NCBI RefSeq assembly: GCF_016775335.1
Contig: NZ_JAEUGJ010000010.1
DNA length: 64,000 bases
Direction: 5' to 3' (one strand)
DNA from: Mogibacterium sp.
GTDB taxonomy: Bacteria; Bacillota; Clostridia; Peptostreptococcales; Anaerovoracaceae
Made by a program: the position numbers and the translations under genes. The notes below the pieces were generated by a model, which saw nothing but the letters and a program-made list of their open reading frames with translations, was not told the origin of the DNA and did no database searches. This document shows positions 10,710-21,791 of the stretch, piece after piece (position 1 is the stretch's first letter; each line of letters opens with the position of its first letter).

Positions 10710-11816
10710 CTAGTTGATTCGAATCGGCAGTGCCAGGTACAAATAGCGCTCTCCCTGAAGCGGGCGGAAGATGCATGGACTCACATTATCTCTCATGTAG
10801 AGAACCACTTCTTCATCATCGATGTTCCGGAGAATGTCGATCATGTAGCGGGAATTGAATCCGATTTTCAGATCCTCTCCCTTCTGGATAATCTCAATCT
10901 TCTCGCTCATGTTTCCCTGATTGTCCAGTGCCGAGATTTCAAGGAGATCGTCCTGGATGTCGAACTTAATCATATTATTGTTTTCTTTTTGGGTCAGGAT
11001 AGATGCACGGTCGATGCTTCGAATCAATTCATCTTTCTGGATTCGAATTTCGGTGGTGCTGTCCACCTTGATGATTCGCTTGTAATCGATGTACCTTCCG
11101 TTCATGGTATTCAGCGTAACCTTGGTTCCGTCAAAAGAAAATACCGCTTTCTCGTCTACCAGCTCCATGCGAATGGTTTCATCTCCGTCGTCGGAAATAA
11201 TTTTTGAAATTTTGTTGAGCTGCTTTGCCGGGATGACCACCTTAAATGCATCGATGGAATCCTCCAGCGGTTCGTTGTAAATTGCCATTCGAAAGGCATC
11301 TACCGCAACCATGCGAAAATTGCCGTCGCCGATTTCACAGAGAACGCCGGTGAGAATTCCGTTGATTTCATCGGCGCTGGCAGAGAAAGCGGTTTTCCGA
11401 ATCAGTTTTCGAACGGATTCCTTGTTCAGCGTGATGCTCTTCTGCGGTTCCTTCATCTGTACTTTCGGAAACTCTGCGGAATCGAAACAGATGACTTCCG
11501 ACCGGTAGCGTCCGCTCTGAATCGAAAGAACTCTTTTTACGGAATCGTATTCCATCATCACATCTTCTGCCGGAAGTTTTCCGATGATATTTGAAAAGAG
11601 TGCGGCCGGTGCCACGAAATCCGCAACGCCGTCGCACTTTGCGGATAATTTGGATTCCACCACCATGAAGGTGTCGGTACCGGTGATAATCATTTCATCT
11701 TCTCTTGTTTCAATCAGTACGCCTTCCAGAATTTTTGAAGTGGACCGAGACGGAACTGCCTGGATGGCGTTGTTCAGTGCACGATAAAGTTCGGATTTAT
11801 TGCAATAGATTTTCAT
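10710..11816 (-). CDS. dnaN: DNA polymerase III beta clamp
   Basis: 368 aa directly downstream of dnaA; VAVDAFRMA, GFNSRYM, C-terminal LPIR. Confidence 0.95.
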   Translation of the reverse strand: MKIYCNKSELYRALNNAIQAVPSRSTSKILEGVLIETREDEMIITGTDTFMVVESKLSAKCDGVADFVAPAALFSNIIGKLPAEDVMMEYDSVKRVLSIQSGRYRSEVICFDSAEFPKVQMKEPQKSITLNKESVRKLIRKTAFSASADEINGILTGVLCEIGDGNFRMVAVDAFRMAIYNEPLEDSIDAFKVVIPAKQLNKISKIISDDGDETIRMELVDEKAVFSFDGTKVTLNTMNGRYIDYKRIIKVDSTTEIRIQKDELIRSIDRASILTQKENNNMIKFDIQDDLLEISALDNQGNMSEKIEIIQKGEDLKIGFNSRYMIDILRNIDDEEVVLYMRDNVSPCIFRPLQGERYLYLALPIRIN

Positions 11817-11837
11817 AACGATTCCTTTCGCGAGAGC

Positions 11838-11990
11838 ATTATTATTAATATAAATTAATATAGTTATAGTAGTAGGGGGTGTCGATACTGTGGAAAACTC
11901 CCCGGATTCCTAAATGCGTGTGAGTAACGGACTTTTTGGCTGAGGAAAAACCCGTACAAAAACTCTGTTATCCGAATGTGTATAACTTTT
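11838..11990. other. oriC unwinding region (dnaA-dnaN intergenic): tandem DnaA boxes, GC spacer, DnaA-trios, AT-rich DUE
   Basis: Minus strand reads TTTTCCACA-GTATCGACA-CCCC-CTACTACTATAACTA-TATTAATTTATATTAATAAT (11897 to 11838), the order known for the Bacillus subtilis basal unwinding system; further degenerate boxes toward dnaA. Confidence 0.88.
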
Positions 11991-12011
11991 CGGTCGCTGT
12001 CAAAAATGCTT

Positions 12012-13361
12012 TTATCGGTGTTCCTTGATTTTTTTCTTCAGGGCATCGATATCCTTCCGGGTCTCTTCGTCGTTTTCATACTGTGCGGTAATCTTGTTCA
12101 CCGAATGAATGACGGTGGAATGGTGTTTTCCGCCGAAGAGCTCGCCGATTTCCGGCAGGGAAAGCTCGGTGTTCTCCCGACAAAGGTACATGGCCACCTG
12201 CCGAGGGTAGGCAATTTCCTTGTTTCTCTTGGTGGAATCCATATCGGAAACCTTGATTTTGTAGTATTTTGCCACGATGGACCGAATGCGTTCCGGTGCG
12301 ATGCCGCCGTCGGAATCCTTGATGATGTTCCGCAGTGTTCTTTTTGCAAAAGCCACGTCGATGTGTTCATCCAGAAGGTTGGAATAGCCGGTGATATTGT
12401 TGAAGGCGCCTTCCAGCTCTCGAATGTTGTCGGTGAATTTCTCCGCAATGAGGCAGCACACTTCGTACAGGTCGTCGTCCCATTCCAGCTGGGCGTTCTC
12501 CGCCTTCTTCTTCAGAATGGCGACGCGAGTTTCGAAGTCTGCCGGCGTGATATCTGCAATCAGGTTCCAAGCAAAACGGGTACGCAGCCGCTCTTCCAGG
12601 TTTACCAGCTGGTTCGGCGGGCGGTCGCTGGAGATGACAATCTGTTTCTCGTCCTCGTACAGCGCATTGAATGTATGGAAGAATTCTTCCTGAGTTTTAT
12701 CCTTGTTCTCCAGGAACTGGATGTCATCGATGAGGAGAACGTCGGCTTTTCTATACTTATTTTTGAAAGCACGCATTTTGTTTTCGGAAATCGCCTTGAT
12801 CAATTCATTGGTGAAGGTTTCCGAGGATACGTACACTACGCGGGATTCCGGATCATTTTTAATAATATGAATACCGATGGCCTGCATCAGATGGGTTTTT
12901 CCCAGGCCGGATCCGCCGTATATAAAAAGAGGATTGTATGCTTCCGCCGGGGATTCCGCAACGGCCAGGGCAGCGGCGTGGGCGTATTTATTATTATTGC
13001 CCACCACAAAATTGTCGAAGTTCAGCCGCGGATTGAACAGCTTATTGGTATCTTCGAATTTTTGAATTCTTTTCCGGGCAGCCAAAGCCGGCCGGCTCTC
13101 TTCCTGATATTCTTCTTCCAACTTTACCAGTACGCGGTAGCTCTGGCCGGTGACGTTTTCAAAACCCTGTTCAATCAGGTGCATATAACGCTTTTTGATC
13201 AGATTGACTGCGATATCGTTTTTTGTTGCAAGATAAATAATGTTCACATCTTCATCAATGCGGTAGATGGAGAGGGATGTGAACCAGGTGTTGTAGCTGA
13301 CCTCAGTGGTATTTGCTTTAATGAATTGCAGGAATTGCTCCCATATCTTGTTAGTATCCAA
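12012..13361 (-). CDS. dnaA: Chromosomal replication initiator DnaA (probable TTG start at 13361)
   Basis: [49 protein letters not shown] lies upstream of TTG 13361, not of ATG 13388. Confidence 0.97.
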   Translation of the reverse strand: MDTNKIWEQFLQFIKANTTEVSYNTWFTSLSIYRIDEDVNIIYLATKNDIAVNLIKKRYMHLIEQGFENVTGQSYRVLVKLEEEYQEESRPALAARKRIQKFEDTNKLFNPRLNFDNFVVGNNNKYAHAAALAVAESPAEAYNPLFIYGGSGLGKTHLMQAIGIHIIKNDPESRVVYVSSETFTNELIKAISENKMRAFKNKYRKADVLLIDDIQFLENKDKTQEEFFHTFNALYEDEKQIVISSDRPPNQLVNLEERLRTRFAWNLIADITPADFETRVAILKKKAENAQLEWDDDLYEVCCLIAEKFTDNIRELEGAFNNITGYSNLLDEHIDVAFAKRTLRNIIKDSDGGIAPERIRSIVAKYYKIKVSDMDSTKRNKEIAYPRQVAMYLCRENTELSLPEIGELFGGKHHSTVIHSVNKITAQYENDEETRKDIDALKKKIKEHR

Positions 13362-13376
13362 AATGCTCTTTCTCCT

Positions 13377-13530
13377 TGTTGATAACATATTTTACATAAA
13401 ATTTTCCACAATGACAAGTGGTCAGAAACGCCAAAAATCTAAATATTCGGGGGTACAAAAAGAATGTTATACACATGTTGTGGAAAAAATTATGCATAAC
13501 TTTTTCAAAACACTAAATGTTGTGGTAATA
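13377..13530. promoter_or_regulatory. DnaA-box array upstream of dnaA (second half of a bipartite oriC, autoregulation)
   Basis: TGTTGATAA 13377-13385, TTTTCCACA 13402-13410, TTATACACA 13467-13475, TGTGGAAAA 13479-13487, TATGCATAA 13491-13499. Confidence 0.85.
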
Positions 13531-13592
13531 AACATTTTTGACACTTTTTTGAAAGAAAAAGATTCCATTTTTCGATATAATTCAGACTTTCA

Positions 13593-13621
13593 TTGACTTT
13601 GAAGGCAGAAATCAGTATAAT
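13593..13621 (+). promoter_or_regulatory. sigma-A type promoter for the rpmH operon
   Basis: TTGACT, 17 nt, TATAAT. Confidence 0.75.
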
Positions 13622-13709
13622 ATTTTGATGTATGTACCCTTGGAATTTAGAAGGTACGGAATTTTATATCAACTTAGAGATATTGTAATATCGGAAGGAG
13701 AAAAGGAAG

Positions 13710-13844
13710 ATGAAGAGAACATATCAGCCTAAGAAGAGACAGAGAATGAAGGAACACGGATTCAGAAAGAGAATGGCTACTGCAAACGGCAGAAAGATTC
13801 TGAAGAACAGAAGAGCAAGAGGCAGAAAGAAGCTGACTGCTTAA
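13710..13844 (+). CDS. rpmH: 50S ribosomal protein L34 (not in the ORF track)
   Basis: Manual translation [44 protein letters not shown], 44 aa. Confidence 0.98.
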   Translation: MKRTYQPKKRQRMKEHGFRKRMATANGRKILKNRRARGRKKLTA

Positions 13845-13881
13845 TTCCCTTGAATGCTTGAAGCGGTTATTCGAGAACAAA

Positions 13882-14226
13882 ATGAAGTGCAGAAAAGAAA
13901 TTCTTAGTAATCAGAGAAATTTCAACAATGTCTATCGGAAAGGTTCTTCCAGAGGAGGCCGATACGTAGTCGTTCTGTATAAGAAGAACCGACTGCCGGT
14001 TTCTCGGATTGCATTTGTTGCCAGTAAGAAGGTGGGCAACAGCGTATGCAGAAACAGAGCCAGAAGGTTGATGCGAGAATCCATCCGTACGATGGGACTG
14101 GCAATCCGGCCGGGATATGACATCATTTTCGTTGCACGAAATTCAATTAACGGAAAGAAGTGTCCGGAAGTACAGCGAACTTTAGTGAAGTCGCTGAAGT
14201 CTTGCGGATTAATTGAAGAGAAGTGA
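13882..14226 (+). CDS. rnpA: RNase P protein component
   Basis: [15 protein letters not shown] (RNR motif); follows rpmH. Start placed at ATG 13882. Confidence 0.95.
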   Translation: MKCRKEILSNQRNFNNVYRKGSSRGGRYVVVLYKKNRLPVSRIAFVASKKVGNSVCRNRARRLMRESIRTMGLAIRPGYDIIFVARNSINGKKCPEVQRTLVKSLKSCGLIEEK

Positions 14227-14465
14227 TTACCGCGATGAAAGCAATCAGCAATTTTATCAAGAAAATTTTAATTTTAATGGTAAGAGGATATCAGCTGTTT
14301 ATATCTCCGCTGTTCCCGCCGGCATGTCGGTTTACTCCTACCTGCAGTACTTATTTTATACAGGCGCTGGAGAAGTACGGTCCGATTAAAGGAAGCTGGC
14401 TGGGAATCAAGAGAATTCTGCGGTGTCATCCGGGAAATCCCGGCGGATACGATCCTCTTCCATAG
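14223..14465 (+). CDS. yidD: Membrane protein insertion efficiency factor
   Basis: [22 protein letters not shown]. Confidence 0.95.
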   Translation: MITAMKAISNFIKKILILMVRGYQLFISPLFPPACRFTPTCSTYFIQALEKYGPIKGSWLGIKRILRCHPGNPGGYDPLP

Positions 14466-14479
14466 ACAGGGAGAATTAT

Positions 14480-15241
14480 ATGGGAGTAATAGCGGTACCT
14501 CTTGGATACCTACTTACACTGATTTATAATTTCGTGGGAAATTATGGTATTTCACTGATTATTCTGACTGCAATCGTTAAGTTTGCGCTGTTCCCGCTGT
14601 ATGTAAAGCAGATTAAATCCACTGCCAACATGCAGGAACTGCAGCCAAAGATGCAGGAGATTCAGCAGAAGTATGCACACGATCAGCAGAAAATGAACGA
14701 AGCGATGCAGGAGCTCTACACTAAGGAGAAATTCAATCCGCTGGGTGGATGCCTGCCGATGCTCATTCAGTTTCCGATTATCATGGGTCTGTTTGCACTG
14801 CTGAGAAATCCGATGCAGTACCTTAAGAGCGAAGATATGCTGTTCGCTGTACACGAATCTTTTCTTTGGATCAAGGATCTGGCTCAGCCGGACCTTTGGA
14901 TTCTCCCAATTGCGGCAGCAGTAGCGACATACTTCTCGTTCACCATGACTCAGCAGCTCACCACTGCTGCAGGTGCTGAGAATGCACAGATGAAGTCCAT
15001 GAACATGATGATGAAGTATGTATTCCCGCTCAGTATCCTGGTCATCGCCAGATCTTACCCGGCAGGTCTTGCAATCTACTGGGCCGGCGGTCAGACCATT
15101 CAGATTTTCCTGAACATTCGTATGAATAAGGTTCGGAAGGATCTGAAGGAGAAGGCGGATCACGAAAAGCTCGTTGCCCGTGCGGAAAAAGAATTGAAGA
15201 GAAGACTGAATGCAACTTCTAAATTGAAAGGAAATCGTTAG
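14480..15241 (+). CDS. yidC: Membrane protein insertase YidC/SpoIIIJ
   Basis: GCLPMLIQFPI, FLWIKDL, GLAIYW; ATG 14480 follows a GGGAG RBS. Confidence 0.93.
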   Translation: MGVIAVPLGYLLTLIYNFVGNYGISLIILTAIVKFALFPLYVKQIKSTANMQELQPKMQEIQQKYAHDQQKMNEAMQELYTKEKFNPLGGCLPMLIQFPIIMGLFALLRNPMQYLKSEDMLFAVHESFLWIKDLAQPDLWILPIAAAVATYFSFTMTQQLTTAAGAENAQMKSMNMMMKYVFPLSILVIARSYPAGLAIYWAGGQTIQIFLNIRMNKVRKDLKEKADHEKLVARAEKELKRRLNATSKLKGNR

Positions 15242-15244
15242 AAA

Positions 15245-16132
15245 ATGAGAGTTTCAGAAAAATGGGGAGGAGATGTTGACGCAGCGGTAGAGCTTGCGCT
15301 CAAGGAACTCAAACTCACCATCGATGAAGTCGATGTAGAAGTTCTGGAAGAATCCTCCAAAGGTTTCCTCGGCATAGGTTCCAAACTGGCAAAGGTCAGA
15401 GTTACAGCAAGGGAAGAGAAGTCGAATAAGAAGGAGAAGAGTTCCTTTGATGATATCGACAGAATCCTGGCTTCTTTACCTGAAAATCAGAAAGTAGAAG
15501 TTCCTGAGGAAATCAGAGAAGATTATGATAAGTTCGAGCAGGAAGAGATGGAAGATGCTCGAGCAAGTGCAAAAGCAAAGAAGAAAGACAGACATAGATC
15601 CAGAAACAACCGGGGTAATCGGAGAAAAGAGCACAAGGAACATCGCGCTGAAAGTTCCATGTTTGCCGATCTGAAGAACCTGGAGCCGGCAGAAGGTCAT
15701 CCGGTGGAAACATTCCTTCGGGATGTAACCGCAGAGATGGGCATCGATCTGGATTTCACCGTGAAGAGCGGAAATGGAATTGTCTATGTAAACATCACCG
15801 GTAAGGATACCGGAACCATCATTGGAAAAAGGGGGCAGACCCTGGATGCGATTCAGTATCTTGCCAGCATCGTTGCCAATAAGGAAAGCGATGAATACGT
15901 GAGAGTTATTCTGGACGCAGAGAATTACCGTTCCAAGCGGGAGCGTACGCTGATGAATCTGGCAAACAGACTTGCCGGAAAGGTGGAGCGTTCCGGAAGA
16001 AGCATTACGCTGGAACCGATGAATCCTTATGAGCGTAAAGTAATCCATTCCACATTGCAGGATCATCCGTATGTGACGACCCGCAGTGAAGGAAAGGAAC
16101 CGTATCGCCGGGTAATCATCGAGAAAAAGTAA
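15245..16132 (+). CDS. jag: Jag/EloR (KhpB) RNA-binding protein
   Basis: Jag N-domain (KGFLGIG), KH motif IIGKRGQTLDAIQ, R3H motif ERKVIH. Confidence 0.93.
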   Translation: MRVSEKWGGDVDAAVELALKELKLTIDEVDVEVLEESSKGFLGIGSKLAKVRVTAREEKSNKKEKSSFDDIDRILASLPENQKVEVPEEIREDYDKFEQEEMEDARASAKAKKKDRHRSRNNRGNRRKEHKEHRAESSMFADLKNLEPAEGHPVETFLRDVTAEMGIDLDFTVKSGNGIVYVNITGKDTGTIIGKRGQTLDAIQYLASIVANKESDEYVRVILDAENYRSKRERTLMNLANRLAGKVERSGRSITLEPMNPYERKVIHSTLQDHPYVTTRSEGKEPYRRVIIEKK

Positions 16133-16189
16133 AATGAAGGAATCTCGGTCCATCTCCGGATGACCGAGATTTTTTTTAAAGGAGAGAAA

Positions 16190-17557
16190 ATGGGAGACAC
16201 AATTGCAGCAATCGCCACGCCGCAAGGTGAAGGCGGAATCGGCATCGTTCGAATCAGCGGAGATGAATCACTGAATATCATGAAAAAAATTCTCCGTCCC
16301 TGCCCGGCGGAGGTGAAGCCTCGGTATGCCTATTACGGAAACATCGTCGATCCGAATAGCGAGAATGCAATCGACGAAGCTATTTGTCTGTATATGAAGG
16401 CCCCTCATTCTTATACTTGTGAGGATGTGGTGGAAATTCAGGCCCACGGCGGCATCGTCTCCATTCGGTTGATTTTGCGGACGGTGCTGGATTGCGGCGC
16501 TCGCATGGCGGAGCCGGGAGAATTCACAAAGCTGGCATTTCTCAACGGCCGGATGGATCTCGCTCAGGCGGAAGCGGTCATCGATGTGATAAAAGCAAAG
16601 AGCGAAATGCCTCTGCAGATTGCCGAGCGTCAACTGAAGGGGCGTCTCGGTACGGAGATTTCCGAAATTCGGGAAAGTTTGAGGGACGTGCTGGCTCAGA
16701 TGGCCGTGAACATTGATTTTCCGGACGAGGATATCGAGCAGGTGGAATCCCAGAGATTCTGTGAAGATTTGAGCAAGGTGAAAGAAAAGGTTCAAAATCT
16801 TCTGGATACATGCGATAACGGTCGAATTGCGAAAGAAGGAATTCGCGTGGCCATTGTGGGAAAGCCGAATGTGGGGAAATCTTCCCTGATGAATGCGCTA
16901 CTGGGAGAAAACAGGGCTATCGTGACGAACATTCCGGGAACTACCCGGGATACCATTGAGGAGAGTGCCACCATTCACGGTCTTCCTCTGGTATTGACGG
17001 ATACTGCGGGAATCCGAGAAACGGATGATGTGATTGAGCAGATGGGAATTCAGAAATCCCATGAAGAGATGGAAGCGGCGGATCTGGTGGTTTTGGTTCT
17101 GGACGGAAGCAGGGCACTGTCTCCGGAGGATGTGGAAATTCTGAAGCAGAATGAAGGACAGCGAGTTCTTGTTGTTTTGAATAAGAACGATCTGGGGGAG
17201 GCGGTCTCTCAAGATGAAGTGAAAGATATTCTTCCGGAAGCGGAAATTGTGCAGACATCTCTTCTTCGCTTGAGCGGTGCGGATGCGGTAACTCATCGAA
17301 TTCAGGAGATGTTCCTGCAAGGCATTCAGAATATGCAGGAACGAAATATCGTTACCAGCGAAAGACATCGGGATGCCTTGAACCGGGGAATGGAATCCAT
17401 CGCAGATGGGATGAATCTCCTGGAAATGGGGGAATCTATTGAAATCTGTGAGCTTCAAGTTCATAATGCATATGAGGCACTGGGTGAAATCATCGGAGAA
17501 ACAGCCGGTGATGAGATTTTGGACACGGTGTTCTCCAAATTCTGTCTGGGTAAGTAA
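16190..17557 (+). CDS. mnmE: tRNA modification GTPase MnmE
   Basis: DTIAAIAT, GKPNVGKSS, GTTRD, DTAG, NKND, C-terminal FCLGK; start at ATG 16190. Confidence 0.97.
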   Translation: MGDTIAAIATPQGEGGIGIVRISGDESLNIMKKILRPCPAEVKPRYAYYGNIVDPNSENAIDEAICLYMKAPHSYTCEDVVEIQAHGGIVSIRLILRTVLDCGARMAEPGEFTKLAFLNGRMDLAQAEAVIDVIKAKSEMPLQIAERQLKGRLGTEISEIRESLRDVLAQMAVNIDFPDEDIEQVESQRFCEDLSKVKEKVQNLLDTCDNGRIAKEGIRVAIVGKPNVGKSSLMNALLGENRAIVTNIPGTTRDTIEESATIHGLPLVLTDTAGIRETDDVIEQMGIQKSHEEMEAADLVVLVLDGSRALSPEDVEILKQNEGQRVLVVLNKNDLGEAVSQDEVKDILPEAEIVQTSLLRLSGADAVTHRIQEMFLQGIQNMQERNIVTSERHRDALNRGMESIADGMNLLEMGESIEICELQVHNAYEALGEIIGETAGDEILDTVFSKFCLGK

Positions 17558-17569
17558 CAGGAGTTTTAA

Positions 17570-19492
17570 ATGACATCAAAAGAGATTAATAAAGATACCA
17601 TTCCGGTAATGGGAGAATACGATGTAATCGTGGTAGGTGCCGGACATGCCGGCTGCGAGGCGGGCTTGATTTCCGCGCGTATGGGAATGAACACCTTGCT
17701 GCTGTGCATCAACCTGGAATCCGTGGCCATGATGCCGTGCAACCCGTCCATCGGCGGAACGGGAAAAGGTCATTTGGTGTGTGAAATCGATGCTTTGGGC
17801 GGCGAGATGGGACTGAACATCGACAAAACCTTCCTGCAGAGCAAGATGCTGAATACTTCCAAAGGACCGGCGGTGCATTCCCTTCGGGCACAGGCGGACA
17901 AAACAAAGTATCATCTGGAGATGAAGAAGACCATCGAAAAGGAGCCGAACTTGCATCTGAAGCAGGCGGAGGTCATCGACCTTGTCATTGAGAACGGAAA
18001 TGTTCAGGGTGTCATCACCCGCACGTTCACGCGTTACAATGCGAAAGCGGTGATTCTCTGCACCGGAACATTTCTGGGCGGAAAAATATTTATCGGCGAT
18101 TCCGCATTCCAAAGCGGCCCTAACGGCTTGGCTGCTTCCACGGATTTGGCGGAAAAACTCTACGAATACGGATTTCCGATGCGGCGGTTTAAAACCGGCA
18201 CGCCGGCCAGAATGCTGGGAAAAACTCTGCATTACGATCGCATGAAGGAACAATCGGGAGATGAAGAAATCGTACCGTTTTCTTTTATGAATGAAGGGAA
18301 GGATATCGGAACGAATCAAATTTCTTGCTGGCTCTCCTATACAAATGAGGAGACGCACCGGATTATTCTGGATAATCTGGATAAGTCGGCCATGTATTCC
18401 GGCAACATCGTTGGGGTGGGGCCGCGGTACTGTCCTTCCATCGAGGATAAGGTGTCTCGTTTCCGGGATCGGGAGCGGCATCAGCTTTTCGTGGAGCCGG
18501 AGGGCTTGGATACGGACGAGATGTACATTCAGGGAATGTCGTCCAGCTTGCCGGAGGATATTCAGCGTGAGTTCTACCATTCCATCCCGGGGCTGGAGGA
18601 CGGTGAAATCGTTCGGCCGGCCTATGCCATTGAGTACGACTGCATCGACCCTCAGAGTTTGAAGCCGTCTTTGGAGAGCAAGGTGGTGAAGAATTTGTTT
18701 TGCGCCGGACAGTTTAACGGAAGTTCCGGCTACGAGGAAGCGGCAGCCCAGGGACTGATGGCCGGAATCAATGCGGTTCGGAAGCTTCAGGAGAAGGAGC
18801 CGCTGGTGCTGGGCCGGGATCAGGCGTACATCGGTGTGCTGATTGACGATCTGGTGACCAAGGGCACCAACGAGCCGTATCGTATTATGACTTCTCGGGC
18901 GGAATACCGTCTGCTGCTGCGTCAGGACAATGCGGACCGGCGGCTTACGGCGCTGGGTTATGAATACGGTTCCGTCAGCGAGGAGCGCTATCAGAAATTC
19001 TTGAAAAAGAAGGCGAACGTGGATGCGGAGCTTGCACGCATCGAGAAAAAAACAGTTCCCAATAAGATTCAGAATGAATTTCTTTCCAGACACGGAAGTG
19101 CCGAATGCGACCGGGGGCTCTCCTTCGGTGAAATGATGCGGCGTCCGGAAATTCATTATGCCGATACGGCGGAAATTGACGATGAAACCAGACCGGATCT
19201 GACTCGAAACGAGCGGTATGAGGTAGAAGTAAGAATTAAGTACGATGGATATATTCAGAAGCAGGTTGCTCAGGTAGAAAAGATGAAGAAGCTGGAAAGT
19301 AAGCGATTGGATGATTCCATCGATTACAACAGCATCGGTGGACTGAGACTGGAAGCGCGCCAGAAGCTGACAGAGATTCGTCCGATTAATCTGGGACAGG
19401 CCAGCCGTATTTCCGGCGTGTCCCCGGCGGATATTAATGTGCTTCTGGTATATCTGGAGAAAGAGAATAGAAAGAGGTCGACAAATGAGTAA
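17570..19492 (+). CDS. mnmG: tRNA uridine modification enzyme MnmG (GidA)
   Basis: [36 protein letters not shown]. Confidence 0.98.
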   Translation: MTSKEINKDTIPVMGEYDVIVVGAGHAGCEAGLISARMGMNTLLLCINLESVAMMPCNPSIGGTGKGHLVCEIDALGGEMGLNIDKTFLQSKMLNTSKGPAVHSLRAQADKTKYHLEMKKTIEKEPNLHLKQAEVIDLVIENGNVQGVITRTFTRYNAKAVILCTGTFLGGKIFIGDSAFQSGPNGLAASTDLAEKLYEYGFPMRRFKTGTPARMLGKTLHYDRMKEQSGDEEIVPFSFMNEGKDIGTNQISCWLSYTNEETHRIILDNLDKSAMYSGNIVGVGPRYCPSIEDKVSRFRDRERHQLFVEPEGLDTDEMYIQGMSSSLPEDIQREFYHSIPGLEDGEIVRPAYAIEYDCIDPQSLKPSLESKVVKNLFCAGQFNGSSGYEEAAAQGLMAGINAVRKLQEKEPLVLGRDQAYIGVLIDDLVTKGTNEPYRIMTSRAEYRLLLRQDNADRRLTALGYEYGSVSEERYQKFLKKKANVDAELARIEKKTVPNKIQNEFLSRHGSAECDRGLSFGEMMRRPEIHYADTAEIDDETRPDLTRNERYEVEVRIKYDGYIQKQVAQVEKMKKLESKRLDDSIDYNSIGGLRLEARQKLTEIRPINLGQASRISGVSPADINVLLVYLEKENRKRSTNE

Positions 19493-20186
19493 AGCCTATG
19501 AGCGGCTGGAGCAGCAGGTAGGGGAAGCAAAAGCGGAGTTGATGATTCACTATATGGATGAGATTTTGCGGATGAATGAGCATATTAACCTTACCGCCGT
19601 TCGGGATCCGGAAGAATTCATCGTAAAGCATTTGCTGGATTCTCTGGGATGTGTGGGCTCCCCGGAATGGGAAAAGGCCGATGCGATTGCCGATGTGGGT
19701 ACCGGTGCCGGATTTCCCGGAGTTCCGTTGGCCATCATGGCGCCGGAGAAAAAAATCTCTCTTATCGATTCCCTTCAGAAAAGACTGCGGGTAATTGACG
19801 ATATTACCCGATCTCTGGATATTCAGAATACCACGACATTCCATCTTCGTGCTGAAGAGGCGGGACAGAGTAAAGAGCATCGGGAACGATACGACCTGTG
19901 CGTATCCCGAGCGGTTGCTTCCATGAATGTTTTGGTAGAGTGGTGCCTGCCCTTGGTGAAAGTAGGGGGGACCTTTGTGGCATACAAGGGGGAAAAGGCA
20001 GAAGAGGAAATTAAAGAGGCGGAAAAAGCAATCCGTCTTCTGGGCGGAAAGATTGACCGAATCGAAACGGTGAATCTGGAAGATGAATCTGCGGAGAATC
20101 ACGCGTTGGTGTATGTAAAGAAAATTAAAAAGACACCGGCGAAGTTCCCGAGAAAATCCGGAACCGCGCGGAAAGAACCGCTGTAG
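19485..20186 (+). CDS. rsmG: 16S rRNA m7G527 methyltransferase RsmG (GidB)
   Basis: [25 protein letters not shown]; start ATG 19485 overlaps the mnmG stop. Confidence 0.96.
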   Translation: MSKAYERLEQQVGEAKAELMIHYMDEILRMNEHINLTAVRDPEEFIVKHLLDSLGCVGSPEWEKADAIADVGTGAGFPGVPLAIMAPEKKISLIDSLQKRLRVIDDITRSLDIQNTTTFHLRAEEAGQSKEHRERYDLCVSRAVASMNVLVEWCLPLVKVGGTFVAYKGEKAEEEIKEAEKAIRLLGGKIDRIETVNLEDESAENHALVYVKKIKKTPAKFPRKSGTARKEPL

Positions 20187-20200
20187 CAAAAGAGGGAGTG

Positions 20201-20216
20201 TGTTTCACGTGAAACA
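20201..20216. promoter_or_regulatory. parS centromere site 1, embedded in a longer inverted repeat (20192-20225) that may terminate the rsmG operon
   Basis: Perfect TGTTTCACGTGAAACA flanked by GAGGGAGT/ACTCCCTC. Confidence 0.93.
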
Positions 20217-20253
20217 TACTCCCTCCTTGCTTTATGTTTTGGTTTAAATATGA

Positions 20254-20628
20254 CTATACTATTTTAGAAGGATTGTATTTTTCAAATGCAATCCTTCTTG
20301 CGGCCATCATGTATTTCTCTTCAATTCCAGATTTAAAAGCGAGGTTTCTGTCGGTTATTTCGAACACTTGAGAAAAAATGTTGGGAGACGACATCAATTC
20401 TGTTAGTGACTTACACCATGAATAGGTAGATAAAAGACGGAGTGGTTTCAAAGAGATATGTCTGCCTTCTTTTACCCATAAAGTACGTTTGTACTCCAGT
20501 TTAAGCCAGGAAAGAATCTCAATAGCTATAACATTTAAATCTTCGTTGCTTATATTCAGATTAGTGTATCCCAGAAGGGTAATGTCTTGCGTTTTCCTAA
20601 ATTCTATTAAAGTATCTGAAATGTTCAT
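20254..20628 (-). CDS. Hypothetical protein, 124 aa (last gene of the AT-rich islet; possible immunity or partner protein)
   Basis: ORF with GGAGGAG RBS, starting 2 nt after the upstream stop; no recognisable motif. Confidence 0.65.
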   Translation of the reverse strand: MNISDTLIEFRKTQDITLLGYTNLNISNEDLNVIAIEILSWLKLEYKRTLWVKEGRHISLKPLRLLSTYSWCKSLTELMSSPNIFSQVFEITDRNLAFKSGIEEKYMMAARRIAFEKYNPSKIV

Positions 20629-20630
20629 AA

Positions 20631-21128
20631 TTAACTCCTCCTATAGTTTGCCCAAACATGTACAAGCATATCATTTTCATCTAAGAAATCAACATGTTCG
20701 CCCTTTGCAATTTGAAATTTAAGTTCAGCAGAATAAGCTTTCATTTCTCCGGTCCAAGATAAAATAACTTGTTCTTCAATACCTCTAACATAGTCTAATG
20801 CATGTGTTCCTTCGTGAACCATATCACTGTAAATGCTAATACTACTATTTCGTAGATATATTTGATTACCTACAGCCATAGCTACTGTGTTTGATGATGC
20901 CCCAAGATAACTTTCAAAAAGTTTATCGCCAGGGACATTCACTTTAATAGTTCCATTTTTTATTCCGGTAGCAATCATCGTTGATTCTTCTGTTATGCCG
21001 TCAATATAGTTAATCAAGTCATCTTTTGTGTAGTTCTTGTAACCTTCTCCCTTAGACCCTAATTTATAGAAAACTTTCACATCCGAGCCGAATGTTTTTC
21101 CAAAGTTTCCATGATATCCTGCACCCAT
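20631..21128 (-). CDS. Hypothetical protein, 165 aa, with a Gly-rich N-terminus and an HExxH zincin-like motif
   Basis: MGAGYHGNFGKTFGS N-terminus; VHEGTHALDY followed by a downstream E (GEMKAY); AAGGAGGT RBS; abuts the DUF4417 stop. Confidence 0.7.
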   Translation of the reverse strand: MGAGYHGNFGKTFGSDVKVFYKLGSKGEGYKNYTKDDLINYIDGITEESTMIATGIKNGTIKVNVPGDKLFESYLGASSNTVAMAVGNQIYLRNSSISIYSDMVHEGTHALDYVRGIEEQVILSWTGEMKAYSAELKFQIAKGEHVDFLDENDMLVHVWANYRRS

Positions 21129-21791
21129 TTATTCAACCTCCTTATGAGAGGTATAAATATCGCTTTCAAACTGTATTAGTCGTATACCTTTCAACGTTGA
21201 TCTATTGAAAATCTTTTCCGGAGTACGTCCATATGCTACAATAATAGTTGGTTGAAGAGTTTGGATAACTGCATCGAGACCATTGATAAAATTATTCCTG
21301 TCTGCTCGATTTTTTAAAGTTCCGTGTGTACCGATGGCAATTATACTGTTTTTACTAATACCATCACATGCACATCCATAAGTCCTTTTATCTCCGTATC
21401 TAATGTTTGGAATTACATTTATTCCATTTGTTTGCAAATAATTTCCTATTGCTCGACTTCTAAAAATGTTCCATATTTGCTGAGCATAGGGCATGTCTCG
21501 GTAGATACTGAAATCCGGTAATATTACACCATTATATTTTTTTATGATTTTAAGATACCTTGTTGGATTATTCCATATGCGTTCTATTAAATAATCATCT
21601 TCGTAAAAATGAATCCATTGGTTGTGATTTGTACACGAAATTGATTTTGAAAAAGGTATTAACTTGTTCGGAATTTCTTTACATGGATGGATACGTGGAA
21701 ACTCAAAATAACCATTATACGTAGCATTTTCTACAAGAAATGATTTAAATACATCCTTACAGTTTTTTCTAAGACAATTTTTTTTGTTCAT
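21129..21791 (-). CDS. DUF4417 domain-containing protein
   Basis: WIHFYEDDYLIERIWNNP, PDFSIY, WNIFRSR, VIPNIRYG, IAIGTHG, motifs I recognise from DUF4417. Confidence 0.8.
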   Translation of the reverse strand: MNKKNCLRKNCKDVFKSFLVENATYNGYFEFPRIHPCKEIPNKLIPFSKSISCTNHNQWIHFYEDDYLIERIWNNPTRYLKIIKKYNGVILPDFSIYRDMPYAQQIWNIFRSRAIGNYLQTNGINVIPNIRYGDKRTYGCACDGISKNSIIAIGTHGTLKNRADRNNFINGLDAVIQTLQPTIIVAYGRTPEKIFNRSTLKGIRLIQFESDIYTSHKEVE

